From contig CAZUJQ010000002.1 in the NCBI GenBank assembly GCA_964620805.1, positions 6,253-70,252 on the forward strand: a stretch of DNA of 64,000 bases. The letters run 5' to 3'. This stretch comes from an uncultured Planctomycetales bacterium (GTDB lineage Bacteria; Omnitrophota; Gorgyraeia; Zapsychrales; JAHFFX01). How positions within the stretch are numbered: the stretch's first letter is position 1; every line of letters begins with the position of its first letter. The position numbers were made by a program, and so were the translations under genes. Below the pieces are notes generated by a model. That model had not been told where the DNA came from and searched no databases. It saw only the letters and a program-made list of their open reading frames with translations. Positions 9,475 through 18,707 of the stretch are shown piece after piece.

Positions 9475-10251
9475 TCACTTCCCTAAAAGATGCTCTCTTA
9501 AGCCATCATAGGCCCTCGGCCCTAAAACTTTTTTTGCGAGACCTTTCATCGTCTTCCCGCACACATCCCCCAATGGCTGATGCCCCAACAACGCCTCCTC
9601 AAACCGCCTTAGCGACCAGGAGCCTTTGACCGGCATACGTCCGATACAATTCTTATAAGGAAGAAACCCATTCTGGGAAACGAAGATATGCGAGTAGCCG
9701 ATCTCACGCGCCATATCCACAATCTGTCTATTAAAAAACCCCCGGGGGGCCGAGAAATACGCCACCTTCACCCCTAAGGATTCTTCCAAAATCTCCTTGG
9801 ATTCCATAAACTCTCTTTGAAGCTCCTCTTCACTGCGGTTTAAAAGGATCTCATGATTTAATCCGTGCGACCCGATCGTCATGCCTCCTCTGATAAGCTC
9901 CTTGAGCTGCGGCCAATCCATGTATCCTTTTTGTCCAATCCGGTTGACCGTGACGAAAAAGAGAGCCGGAAATTGATGCTGCTTTAAGATCGGATAGGCC
10001 TGCGTAAAGTTGTTCATCTCTCCGTCATCGAAGGTCAAGATAACTTGTTGTGCCTGCGTGTCTTCAGCCGGTGAAACGCCAACAGTAACATGATATTTCT
10101 TTTTTTTAATAAGTCCCATCTGTTGTTGAAAATTTTCTGCGGGAACATCATAAAGGCGAGCTCCCGGCTCGCGATTTTCCGGAATTTCTGACGGATTCTC
10201 CGGTGTGCCATGATACATGAGGGCGATGATGGGCTGGGGTCGTTTTTTCAT
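9475..10251 (-). CDS. polysaccharide deacetylase (NodB-homology domain)
   Basis: 'ILTFDDGEMNNFTQAYPILKQHQFPALFFV', 'MTIGSHGLNHEIL' NodB motifs. Confidence 0.65.
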   Translation of the reverse strand: MKKRPQPIIALMYHGTPENPSEIPENREPGARLYDVPAENFQQQMGLIKKKKYHVTVGVSPAEDTQAQQVILTFDDGEMNNFTQAYPILKQHQFPALFFVTVNRIGQKGYMDWPQLKELIRGGMTIGSHGLNHEILLNRSEEELQREFMESKEILEESLGVKVAYFSAPRGFFNRQIVDMAREIGYSHIFVSQNGFLPYKNCIGRMPVKGSWSLRRFEEALLGHQPLGDVCGKTMKGLAKKVLGPRAYDGLREHLLGK

Positions 10252-10252
10252 C

Positions 10253-12067
10253 TTAATGAGTCAAACCTCTGGCTTTTCCTGATTGTTCTGCCACATATTG
10301 ATTCCATTCTTCGATCGTTTTGGCGATCGTGTCCCGGACCCGATAAAGCACTTGACTGTCTTTGGTGAAATGATCTATCCCTAAGGCCAGTTCTTTGTCA
10401 ATGGCCAATAAAGCTTGGGTCCGGACATAAAGGGGATAAGCCCCCTTGGGATCGAACCCCAAGGGAGGGCCCATCTTCTCCACTTCCCTCATTTTTTCTT
10501 TCAACAGCGACAAATACTCATAATCTTCCATCCCATCGCGGAAGAGCTCACTGCGGATGGAGCCTAGGGGTCCGTTTTCTCCCGGATAGAATAAAAGTCC
10601 GTTACCATTTTGCGCCCAATCGGTATTTGCGGCGCTTTGAAAAGGATCGACCTTTGGCCACCAATTCACACACCAGTAGAGGAATCCTGTGATATTGTAC
10701 TTCCAGCACAGCCAGGGCACAATCCGATAATCCATCGAATCAAAATCCATGGCCAGGTTGGGCGTCGAGTAGCCACCCGGGCCGGAAATATACATCCAGA
10801 TTTCCATGCCTTTTTCTCTTAATGCGTTTATCTTCCGTTCATCAAAATGGTCGATCTGAAAAGTCCAGATATCGATATCCTTTCCCCAGTCCGGGTCGGA
10901 GTGTGGATCCCAGAAGCCGTGGTAGCAGACCATGTTTTTTAATCCCGGATAGGCCCGATGAATCATCGAAGAGATTTTGGCGACCCGGGGATCGCCGATT
11001 GTCCCTTCATCCCAGGTGTAGATGTAATGCAGGGAAAGTAAATTGTGCAGTTTGAGGTTTTCTCCGTAACTGCGGTACACTCCTAACAATCCTTCAATCT
11101 CACTATCGCTCTGGGGCCAATTGTTGTTGAAGGTGCCTCCCTTTCTCCCAACGGAAAATTGCGTTAACCCAAACCAGCGGTAACGATCCAAGCGGGATAA
11201 ATCCTCGGGAGAAGTTGGGTCAATGTTTAAGACCGGATTCATTCGGGTGCGGAGCATCTCGATTAGGAATTTGTCGTTGAGTTCGTCGATACGGCTTTGA
11301 TAGGCTTGATCGTGTTCCTGTTGGCCCTGTGGATACCGGGCCCGGGTGATGTGTCCGTAAAAGTCAAAGGCGGTTCTAAGGTGGCTGGTCTGGGGAAGAA
11401 CAAAATCATAAACCTTCACGGAAAAAGGGATTTGTTTTAGCAGGACGGTTTGGCTCTTTAGGTAAATCCAGCCCTGGTAATCTCCCGCGGGCGTCTTGGG
11501 AGGGATATAAACCGTGACCCAGAAAGGCTGAACCCTTTGAGCTGGGATATCCATTCTTTTCTCTGGTAAAAGAGGATCCGGCCAGGGCCCCACGAACTTG
11601 ACCGGATAATAAGGCCGGATCGTGGGGACATATCCCACCACCCGCCAGGTGACGTTCGCCCCATCGAGGCGTGCGCCAGAGGGCCCGTTGACCAGATCGG
11701 ATATTTCCAGGCCCACAGACTGGAGAGGTTCTCTTCCGCTGGCGACGGCAATTTGAAACGATTCGTATTCGTTGCCGGCCAGGGCTAAATCCGCTAAGTT
11801 ACGAAACCGTGGCTCTACCAACGTCTGGCCATCTTGGAAGATCCGCTCCAGGCTGGAGGCGACAACGATACGCACACCCTGAGCGTCTGAAAGGACTTGG
11901 CTCCAAAGCCTTGTTGTGTCGTAGCGTTTGGGTTGTTTGATCTTTCGGTAGGTTTTGTAAGCGGCCCAGGTGCCTAAGGACAGCCCACCCAGGACGATGG
12001 CCACGGTTACGATCAAGGATAGCAAAGAAACCGATCGTTTAGGATTGTTGGACATGAAGTTCCTCAT
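10253..12067 (-). CDS. membrane-anchored glycoside-hydrolase-like protein (DUF4091 / GH123-like)
   Basis: N-terminal TM anchor. The C-terminal region 'FRDGMEDYEYL' with W-rich segments resembles DUF4091, which is found in GH123-like proteins. Confidence 0.4.
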   Translation of the reverse strand: MRNFMSNNPKRSVSLLSLIVTVAIVLGGLSLGTWAAYKTYRKIKQPKRYDTTRLWSQVLSDAQGVRIVVASSLERIFQDGQTLVEPRFRNLADLALAGNEYESFQIAVASGREPLQSVGLEISDLVNGPSGARLDGANVTWRVVGYVPTIRPYYPVKFVGPWPDPLLPEKRMDIPAQRVQPFWVTVYIPPKTPAGDYQGWIYLKSQTVLLKQIPFSVKVYDFVLPQTSHLRTAFDFYGHITRARYPQGQQEHDQAYQSRIDELNDKFLIEMLRTRMNPVLNIDPTSPEDLSRLDRYRWFGLTQFSVGRKGGTFNNNWPQSDSEIEGLLGVYRSYGENLKLHNLLSLHYIYTWDEGTIGDPRVAKISSMIHRAYPGLKNMVCYHGFWDPHSDPDWGKDIDIWTFQIDHFDERKINALREKGMEIWMYISGPGGYSTPNLAMDFDSMDYRIVPWLCWKYNITGFLYWCVNWWPKVDPFQSAANTDWAQNGNGLLFYPGENGPLGSIRSELFRDGMEDYEYLSLLKEKMREVEKMGPPLGFDPKGAYPLYVRTQALLAIDKELALGIDHFTKDSQVLYRVRDTIAKTIEEWNQYVAEQSGKARGLTH

Positions 12068-13283
12068 ACAGAGAATGGATTTTGCGGCCGATGGTCTTCC
12101 AGTCGTACTGTTGACAAACCAGCTTGCGGGCCTCTATCCCGAGACTGTGCCGTTTCTCAGACGTTTCCAGTAGAGATACAACCTCATCGGCAAACTCTTC
12201 CGCGGAATCCGCCAGCACGATGTCTTTATCAGAGGTGTAACCGATTCCTTCGGCGCCCAAGGAAGTGGAGACCACGGGCTTGGCCATGGCCATGGCTTCC
12301 AAAATTTTTAGTCTGGTCCCGCCCCCTACGCGGATGGGGCAGACAAAGATTTGGGATTTCGCCAGAAAGGGCCGCACATCCTCGACCTTGCCGGTCACCA
12401 TAATCCTGGAATCCTGAGCAGCTAACGCCAGCAAAGAGCTGCTCGGGGATTTGCCAACGACGTAAAACGTCAGCCGGGGTTTGACCTTCCAGATCAAAGG
12501 CAAAATCTCTTTACAAAAATACAGCACGCCATCGCGATTGGGCCACCAATCCATTGAGCCGGTGAAGATGAGGGATTCGTCAAACTGACGACTGACGACT
12601 GACGACTGACGACTAGATTCTCTAAGCTTTGGGCTCTGAGCTCTGGGCTGAAAATACTCCGTATCCACTCCGTTGGGAACCAGATGCACGGCTGTCCTCT
12701 TCATCCCAAGTTTAAGCAAGCTTTTCTGGTCATCCTCCGAGACCGCCCAGCACATGGAGAACTCCCCCAGACGCCGGGATTCAAAATTTTTCATGGTGCC
12801 AGCCTGATGGGTCAACAGAAACCTTTTGATTCCCGATGGCTCTACCCTTGCGCAACGCTCCAAAATCTTGTGCTCCACATTGTGCCCATCCAGGACACTG
12901 AGCGCCCCATTAAAACAATGCCGGTACTGCGCCATGTGGACATGGTCCACATGAACCGCGTCAAACGACTCTTGCCGAATCAGATATTGGATGTGTTTCC
13001 TCATCTTTAAGGAATGGTATTTCGCCACCGATACCGGCATCTGACGAAACAGCGCCTGGAATAAGACTCCCCACCCCCCTTTTTTCTTAGGCACGAGGGT
13101 CACCGAGATGCCTTCCTTTTCCAGCTCTTTGGCCATTTCAGAATCGTTTTCCTCGAAGGAAAAGCACACAAGATGCACTTGAGCGCCATGCCTAAGCTGC
13201 CGGAGGATGTGCAAAGTCCTGATCTTGCCGCCGGTGTCGGCCGGCAGGGGAAGGCGAGGAGCGAGAAAAAGGATTTTTTTCAT
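12039..13283 (-). CDS. glycosyltransferase family 4
   Basis: GT-B fold, 'GGGTRLKILEAMAMAKPVVST' E-x7-E region. Contains the heptanucleotide tract at 12574-12603. Confidence 0.7.
   Translation of the reverse strand: MKKILFLAPRLPLPADTGGKIRTLHILRQLRHGAQVHLVCFSFEENDSEMAKELEKEGISVTLVPKKKGGWGVLFQALFRQMPVSVAKYHSLKMRKHIQYLIRQESFDAVHVDHVHMAQYRHCFNGALSVLDGHNVEHKILERCARVEPSGIKRFLLTHQAGTMKNFESRRLGEFSMCWAVSEDDQKSLLKLGMKRTAVHLVPNGVDTEYFQPRAQSPKLRESSRQSSVVSRQFDESLIFTGSMDWWPNRDGVLYFCKEILPLIWKVKPRLTFYVVGKSPSSSLLALAAQDSRIMVTGKVEDVRPFLAKSQIFVCPIRVGGGTRLKILEAMAMAKPVVSTSLGAEGIGYTSDKDIVLADSAEEFADEVVSLLETSEKRHSLGIEARKLVCQQYDWKTIGRKIHSLYEELHVQQS
12574..12603. repeat. heptanucleotide tandem repeat (ACTGACG/CTGACGA x4.3) inside the GT4 coding sequence
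   Basis: Directly visible 'actgacgactgacgactgacgactgacgac'; it encodes the linker 'SRQSSVVSRQ'. Confidence 0.8.
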
Positions 13284-15568
13284 ATCTCCTCATAAAGCCG
13301 TTCGTATTTCTCAACCATGTGCTCCAAGGAATAATGCTTTCGGATGAAATCCGAAGCCTCCCGGCCCATCTCTAAAAAGAGACTTCTGTCTTTAACGACC
13401 CGACCCAGGACCTTGACCAATCCGGTGACATCCCCCGGTGCGACAAGAAATCCGTTTTTGCCGTGCCAAATGATTTGCGGGATCCCTCCCACTTTTGTGG
13501 CCACAACTAGACGGGCACAGGCCATGGCCTCCAAAAGCGATAGAGGCACGCCTTCGGTTAAGGAGGTTAAGACAAAGATATCCAGAGCCGGGTAGAGGGA
13601 TGAGATGTCATCGATTAAGCCGGTAAAAAGGATGTGCTTCTCTAAATTTTTGTCCCGGACCAAGGCTTTCAAATAAGTCTCCTCTGGGCCATCGCCCACG
13701 ATCAGAAATTTAACAAGGGGGAACTCTTTTTGGATTTGGTCAGCCGCTTCGATCAACATCGCTTGATTTTTTTCGCGGCTCAGGCGCCCCACCGTGCCGA
13801 TCACGGCTTCTTCGTCCGAGATCCCATAACGGCTCCGAGCCGTTTTTCTTAAAACCGGATCATAGGAAAAGCGGTTCACATCCAGGCCGTTTGGAATCAC
13901 CTGTCTTTTTTGCGCCTTCAAATCCGGCAGGATGTTCTCAGCCACAACAACCACCCGACGAAAAAATGCCTTTAAAAGCCACCTGTCCAGTTTTTCATAC
14001 CAACGGACCGGCCGGGACATTTTTGTGTATCCATGGACCGTGGCGAGGAGGGGAACACCGTTTCCAGCCGTTGCCAGCAATCCCATAAGATCGGATTTGT
14101 AGTTGTGGGTATGGACAATATCAATTCGGTTTTGCCGGATAAATTTCTTTAGTAGCCGGCTGGTCCTCCAATCCCATCGTCCCCGGCTTTTAAATAAGGC
14201 GGTCTTCAGCCCCGCCTCCCGGGCCTTGTGGACAATCTCCAGATGAGGATTTCTCTCATCTTCGATGGCACCGATCATGGGGATAAATTTCCCGTGGTTC
14301 AAATGACGGGCCAGTGACAGGGCCACCCGCTCTGCGCCGAAAAAGCCTCCGCTGCTTATAAAATGTAAAACTTTTTTTATTAAAAGGGCCTGATAAAAAT
14401 TTTCGTATTCCCTCATCATCTGAGGAATGGTAAATTCTTTCTGGGCTCTTTGTCGTGCGTTTTGGCCCATGCTTTGTCTTTTCTCGGGATCCTCAATGAG
14501 TGTGAGCAAGGCCTCCTTTAAGGCCCGGGAATCGCCGGGGGCCACCAAAAGGCCATCCACCCCCTCCCGGATGAGTTCGGGATTGCCGCCCACACGGGTG
14601 GCGACCACGGCCTTGCCGGCCGCCATGTATTCTAAGATGGCGTTGGAGGTGCCTTCGCTCAAAGAGGGCAACACACAGATATCCGCGGCCTCGATAAAAC
14701 GCGAGACATCTTCGCGTTTTCCAAGAAAAAGGACATGCCTTTCCAATCTCTTTTTTCTGATGATCTCTTGTAGCTTTCCCCCCATTTTGTCTTCACCAAT
14801 CAACGCCAATCGGACCCGCGGATGGTCTACCACGATCTCCGGCAAGGCCTCGATGAGATAGATATGCCCTTTGACTGGCCGAAGATTCGCCACATGCACA
14901 ATTAAGGAAATGGGGTCACACCCCATTTCCCCACTTGAGGGAAATGGGGTGTGACCCCATTTTATTGGTGATTCCACGCCGTTATAGATCACCTCAATCC
15001 GCTCCGCGGGGATTCCCTCTTCTTTCATCATCCTCTCTTTTACGGCACCGGCCACCGCAATGAAGGTGTGCACCCAGCGGTTGATCAACTTGTAGGCGCT
15101 TCGATGAATGGGCTTGCGGCAGAACCCCATGTCCCGCCGGTTCGACACAATATGACGGACTCCCGCCCAATGCGCCCAGAACGTGCCCCAGATATCTGAT
15201 CCGAAATGATAGGTTTGGAGGATCTGGATGCGGTTGGCTTTGAGAAACCGCATAAAGCGGAGGCCCTGCACCATCCCCGAGATCCCGTAGATTCTCACCA
15301 CGCGGAAAACCTGGAATTCGCAGCCCGCCTCCCGCATCAGCTGTTGGGTGGACTCACAGATAGGATTCAGGCTGAGAACGAACACTCGATACCGTGAAGG
15401 GTCAAGATGAGAGATGAGCTGGTAAATCTGCTTTTCTGCCCCGGCCTGGAGGTCTTCCAGGACGTCGGTGAGCAATGCTAGGCGGATGGGTTGAGTGTTT
15501 TTCATATGAATATAAAATGTTGCTAATGTTTCCAAGGTTTCCAAAGTTGCCGAGGTTACCTGATTCAT
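13280..15568 (-). CDS. two-module glycosyltransferase (GT4-GT4 fusion); true start probably ATG at 15505 (MKNTQP...)
   Basis: Two successive GT-B GT4 units in one 762-aa ORF. The first 21 codons (MNQVTSATLETLETLATFYIH) are encoded by the family-A repeat. Carries the in-frame hairpin element at 14905-14962. Confidence 0.6.
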   Translation of the reverse strand: MNQVTSATLETLETLATFYIHMKNTQPIRLALLTDVLEDLQAGAEKQIYQLISHLDPSRYRVFVLSLNPICESTQQLMREAGCEFQVFRVVRIYGISGMVQGLRFMRFLKANRIQILQTYHFGSDIWGTFWAHWAGVRHIVSNRRDMGFCRKPIHRSAYKLINRWVHTFIAVAGAVKERMMKEEGIPAERIEVIYNGVESPIKWGHTPFPSSGEMGCDPISLIVHVANLRPVKGHIYLIEALPEIVVDHPRVRLALIGEDKMGGKLQEIIRKKRLERHVLFLGKREDVSRFIEAADICVLPSLSEGTSNAILEYMAAGKAVVATRVGGNPELIREGVDGLLVAPGDSRALKEALLTLIEDPEKRQSMGQNARQRAQKEFTIPQMMREYENFYQALLIKKVLHFISSGGFFGAERVALSLARHLNHGKFIPMIGAIEDERNPHLEIVHKAREAGLKTALFKSRGRWDWRTSRLLKKFIRQNRIDIVHTHNYKSDLMGLLATAGNGVPLLATVHGYTKMSRPVRWYEKLDRWLLKAFFRRVVVVAENILPDLKAQKRQVIPNGLDVNRFSYDPVLRKTARSRYGISDEEAVIGTVGRLSREKNQAMLIEAADQIQKEFPLVKFLIVGDGPEETYLKALVRDKNLEKHILFTGLIDDISSLYPALDIFVLTSLTEGVPLSLLEAMACARLVVATKVGGIPQIIWHGKNGFLVAPGDVTGLVKVLGRVVKDRSLFLEMGREASDFIRKHYSLEHMVEKYERLYEEI
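14905..14962. repeat. in-frame palindromic hairpin pair (GGAAATGGGGT-cac-ACCCCATTTCC ... GAAATGGGGT-gtg-ACCCCATTT) inside the GT4-GT4 gene
   Basis: Two 11-bp-stem hairpins 8 nt apart; translated in frame as 'KWGHTPFPSSGEMGCDPIS'. The same element recurs at 22584-22665. Confidence 0.75.
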
Positions 15569-15723
15569 CCAACATTCTTAAAGTTGCCCTTAAGTTGCCC
15601 AAGGTTACTGATTGATCCGACAATTTGTTGTTGGGTTAAGGCTTTGCAACCTCAAATAACCTTTCTGCAACCTCAAAAGGGCAACCTCGGCAACCTCGGC
15701 AACATGGGAAACATAGGCAACTT
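15519..15723. repeat. family-A element copy A2
   Basis: Left arm gttgctaat-gtttccaag-gtttccaaa-gttgccgag-gttacc; core tgattcatccaacattcttaaagttgcc; right arm ggcaacctc-ggcaacctc-ggcaacatg-ggaaacata-ggcaactt. Confidence 0.8.
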
Positions 15724-15727
15724 TATT

Positions 15728-17125
15728 TTACTTAGCATCTAAAAGGGGAACACCCCGCACATAGTTGCGTGACAACCGCTGGCCATAACTCCGGTATTTG
15801 TGAGTCCTCCCTTTACCATTACCATCTGGAGGGATTTTTTTATTTTGACTCTCCTCTCGATTAATCAAAATCATCCGTCCCACCAATCCCGCAAAAATCC
15901 ACAGATACCCTCCCATCTCCAGATACGTCCAGCGGTCCCCAAAGGTGTTGTTGACCATGGCCACAATCACCGCCAAGGAGAATCCTAATCCCAACGCTTC
16001 GGAGAGATCGTCTTTGCCTCTTCGATAGAGTCTCCATCCCATGCTCATCATTTTCCAGACCAGGATAACGAAAATCGCCAATCCGATGATCCCTTGTTCC
16101 ACCAGGACTTTCAGATAGATGTTGTGCGTATCGCCTAGGACGAATCCCATCCGCCGGAAAACCCCGAAGCCAATCCCCAGGAAGGGTTCCTGTTTCCATA
16201 AATCGATGGCCTGTTGCCACACCAAAATCCGGTTGCCGGCCGAGGATTCCAACTGGCCGTAGACATCGCGGGTCATTTCGATTCTTTCGATGACTTGATC
16301 GGGAAGAAGGCTTTGCCAGAATAAAATAAGAAAAACCAGGGGAACAAAAAGAAAGTTGCGTTTGATTAAAAAAAGCAGAGTTAATCCTACGACCATCCCG
16401 AGGTAGGCCCCCCGTGAGTATAAAAATAAAATGCAATACGTGTTGAGCATGATCAAGACGAACAGCCCGAGCCGTTGAAATTTATTTTTAATGGAAAGAA
16501 ATCCGCTCAAAAGGACAATGGTGATCTGATTATAGAAGGCCGCCACTTCATTGGGCCCCAGGAAGACAAAGGTGGCGTTGATCTTGTCGCGGGAAAGAAG
16601 AGCGTGGTACCACGATATTTGATTGATCGTGTAATAGTCCATAATGAGGAGAGCCGCCCCCATAACGAAGATGACTTCTTTGACCTGTCTTCGGGTCTTG
16701 ACCACGTTCATTGTGAGGAAAAAGAACACAGCCAGCAAGACGTAGTTTTTCCAGTCTTGGACCCGGTCATCGGAGAAATCAAAAGGGGTAAAGTATCCCA
16801 GGGTCATATAACCTTTGAGGAGCGAACAGTACGTATAGATGATCAGGACCCACGCAATCCCTTGAAGAGAGCTCCCGTTTTTGAACTTGTCGCGATGCCT
16901 CATCTTATTAATGAAAATCCCAAGAATGAGACACGCGATCAGGAGATCATTGATGTCCTTGCCTAAAGGGAATACCGTCAGGCGCTCCACGACGTTTCTA
17001 AGCGGCAAAAGAAAGGTCAGGAAAAGAAACGGCCGAAAGGTGCGGCCCGAGGCTGCCATGACGCAGCACAGCAGGGCCGCAACGTAGATAATCAGCGGAG
17101 CTATATTTTTAAGGGAGGCTAGCAT
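15728..17125 (-). CDS. O-antigen ligase / Wzy-like polytopic membrane protein
   Basis: About 10-12 predicted TM helices with a large periplasmic loop, as in the O-antigen ligase/polymerase family. Confidence 0.5.
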   Translation of the reverse strand: MLASLKNIAPLIIYVAALLCCVMAASGRTFRPFLFLTFLLPLRNVVERLTVFPLGKDINDLLIACLILGIFINKMRHRDKFKNGSSLQGIAWVLIIYTYCSLLKGYMTLGYFTPFDFSDDRVQDWKNYVLLAVFFFLTMNVVKTRRQVKEVIFVMGAALLIMDYYTINQISWYHALLSRDKINATFVFLGPNEVAAFYNQITIVLLSGFLSIKNKFQRLGLFVLIMLNTYCILFLYSRGAYLGMVVGLTLLFLIKRNFLFVPLVFLILFWQSLLPDQVIERIEMTRDVYGQLESSAGNRILVWQQAIDLWKQEPFLGIGFGVFRRMGFVLGDTHNIYLKVLVEQGIIGLAIFVILVWKMMSMGWRLYRRGKDDLSEALGLGFSLAVIVAMVNNTFGDRWTYLEMGGYLWIFAGLVGRMILINREESQNKKIPPDGNGKGRTHKYRSYGQRLSRNYVRGVPLLDAK

Positions 17126-17150
17126 TTTAAAATTTTGATCAGCCTATCAG

Positions 17151-17323
17151 GTTGCCTTTGTTTCCAGTGTTTCCGAGGTTGCCGATGTTAATTTATTTAC
17201 GTGACATTTTTAAGGTTGCTTAATGTTGCCTGATGTTGTCTTTTCCAACCTTTAGTAACTTCAGGCAACATCTTGAAAGGCAACCTTGGTAACTTTGGCA
17301 ACATAGGAAACATTGGCAACTTT
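17151..17323. repeat. family-A element copy A3 (core variant, leader ORF disrupted)
   Basis: gttgccttt-gtttccagt-gtttccgag-gttgccgat ... ggcaacctt-ggtaacttt-ggcaacata-ggaaacatt-ggcaacttt. Confidence 0.8.
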
Positions 17324-17891
17324 ATCTTGCCTCTTTACGAGGTTTGCTTTGAACCCTCGCCGGCACCCCCACAACCGTCGCCCCTTCCGGAACATCATCG
17401 ATCACGACCGAATTGGCGCCGACACGGGCATGATTTCCCACGCGGATCGCCCCCAAGACTTTTGCCCCGGTGCCGATGTACACACCATCGCCAATCACCG
17501 GCACGCCAGAATCTCCCAGTCCTCTGGTCCCAATGACGACGCCCGGGCCAATCGAGCAGTTCTCTCCCATCACGACATCGCTATGGAGGATGATTCCCCC
17601 AAAGTGGCCTACGTACAGTCCCCTCCCAATCTGAGCGCTGGCCGGAAGCGAGATGCCGGTCGTCATCTCAATCCATTTGAAGAGCAAAAACACCTCAAGA
17701 CGCAGGAGATGAGAGATCAACGGAAATTTCAAAGCCTGCGCCCACCGGCCGAAACGATACACCGCCAACGCCCAGATTCCCTGCTCGAAGAAAAGGTATA
17801 TCCGGTCTTGTCTCCGGCTATTTCGAAGATACCGGCGAATGTCTGCTGTGAAATTTGGGAACATCATGGTATAAGTTTCCAACGTTTCCAT
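17322..17891 (-). CDS. hexapeptide-repeat acetyltransferase (serine acetyltransferase-like / WcaB-like); start probably MMFPNF at ~17866
   Basis: Left-handed beta-helix hexapeptide repeats ('IGPGVVIGTRG', 'IGDGVYIGTGAKVLGAIRVGNHARVGANSVV') preceded by a SAT-like N-terminal helical region. The first 8 codons come from a degenerate repeat. Confidence 0.55.
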   Translation of the reverse strand: METLETYTMMFPNFTADIRRYLRNSRRQDRIYLFFEQGIWALAVYRFGRWAQALKFPLISHLLRLEVFLLFKWIEMTTGISLPASAQIGRGLYVGHFGGIILHSDVVMGENCSIGPGVVIGTRGLGDSGVPVIGDGVYIGTGAKVLGAIRVGNHARVGANSVVIDDVPEGATVVGVPARVQSKPRKEAR

Positions 17892-17894
17892 CGT

Positions 17895-18707
17895 TTATGC
17901 TTTGTTTGGACAAAGCAATCTCAAAACATTCTCTTTCGTAAAGACCTTCATGTCCAACGGATTCTCCAGGAAATTCACCACATCGCGGTGCACCTTCCGC
18001 CAGTCGGCTTTATCCACCACTTGATAGAGGAAATCCCGCCAATTGTCTTCCCGCGGGATCTCCTTTGTCCATCCCGTTTGCGTCAAGGCATTATGCAGCA
18101 ACCGAATGTTGGGTTTGATATCCCTCCAGCGGGATAGATACCATCCCAAATCAAAAAAGTCCCGGCCTTTGGTGTATTTGCGGCTCAGCAAAGCAGACAC
18201 TTTGCCGGCAAAGAATGACGGAAGATCGAAGGTCAAAAAGGCAAGCGGAAAATATTTGTTGATGATTTGTATTTCGAGCCGGCTGCCCTCAGGCGGGTTG
18301 GTATCAATTTCGATCTTGACCGATAATTTCTGTTTTTTTAACGGGGAGAGACCTGCTTCATACAGCAGTCCCTCGAACTTAACAAAGGCCGATTGAACCG
18401 TTTTGACTTCATTGTAAGTCACCGAAACGTTGTAGCCGGCCAGATCCAATTCCTGCTTGAGCTTCTTGATGAGCTTGACAAAAGACAATGTCCTGCCTTG
18501 TACATGGGAAAAGTCCAAATCCTCGGAAAAGCGAGGCAGATTGTGCAAAAACCGCAGGGCCGTTCCTCCCCAAAAAGCCGTTGTTTGAAAAATCCCGTCA
18601 TCATGGAGAATCCTTAAGACATAGGCCTGCAGATATTCCCGCATCGTATTGAGCCTGACCTGGGATCCTTCCTTCGCGCCCGTCAGCTCTAGGAGGTAGT
18701 CTTTCAT
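17895..18707 (-). CDS. nucleotidyltransferase AbiEii/AbiGii toxin family protein
   Basis: 'FWGGTALRFLHNLPRFSEDLDFS' (DUF1814/AbiEii signature); 4-nt overlap with the upstream AbiEi-like gene. Confidence 0.65.
   Translation of the reverse strand: MKDYLLELTGAKEGSQVRLNTMREYLQAYVLRILHDDGIFQTTAFWGGTALRFLHNLPRFSEDLDFSHVQGRTLSFVKLIKKLKQELDLAGYNVSVTYNEVKTVQSAFVKFEGLLYEAGLSPLKKQKLSVKIEIDTNPPEGSRLEIQIINKYFPLAFLTFDLPSFFAGKVSALLSRKYTKGRDFFDLGWYLSRWRDIKPNIRLLHNALTQTGWTKEIPREDNWRDFLYQVVDKADWRKVHRDVVNFLENPLDMKVFTKENVLRLLCPNKA

Noticed and set aside
15505-15568. N-terminal extensions such as MNQVTSATLETLETLATFYIH (also MNKITLATSETSETLETFEQFKT at 34180-34249, METLETYT at 17867-17891, MVSKTCFCDPRDF... at 59582-59665) as genuine protein N-termini
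   Set aside because: They are encoded by repeat elements that recur upstream of unrelated genes. More likely they are uORFs or fortuitous in-frame read-through, so gene starts were moved to the first post-repeat ATG.
15519-15723. Considered whether the tandem 9-bp unit arrays are a CRISPR array
   Set aside because: Units are only 9 bp and contiguous with no unique spacers. The two arms are mutually reverse-complementary rather than direct repeats. No cas genes are present.
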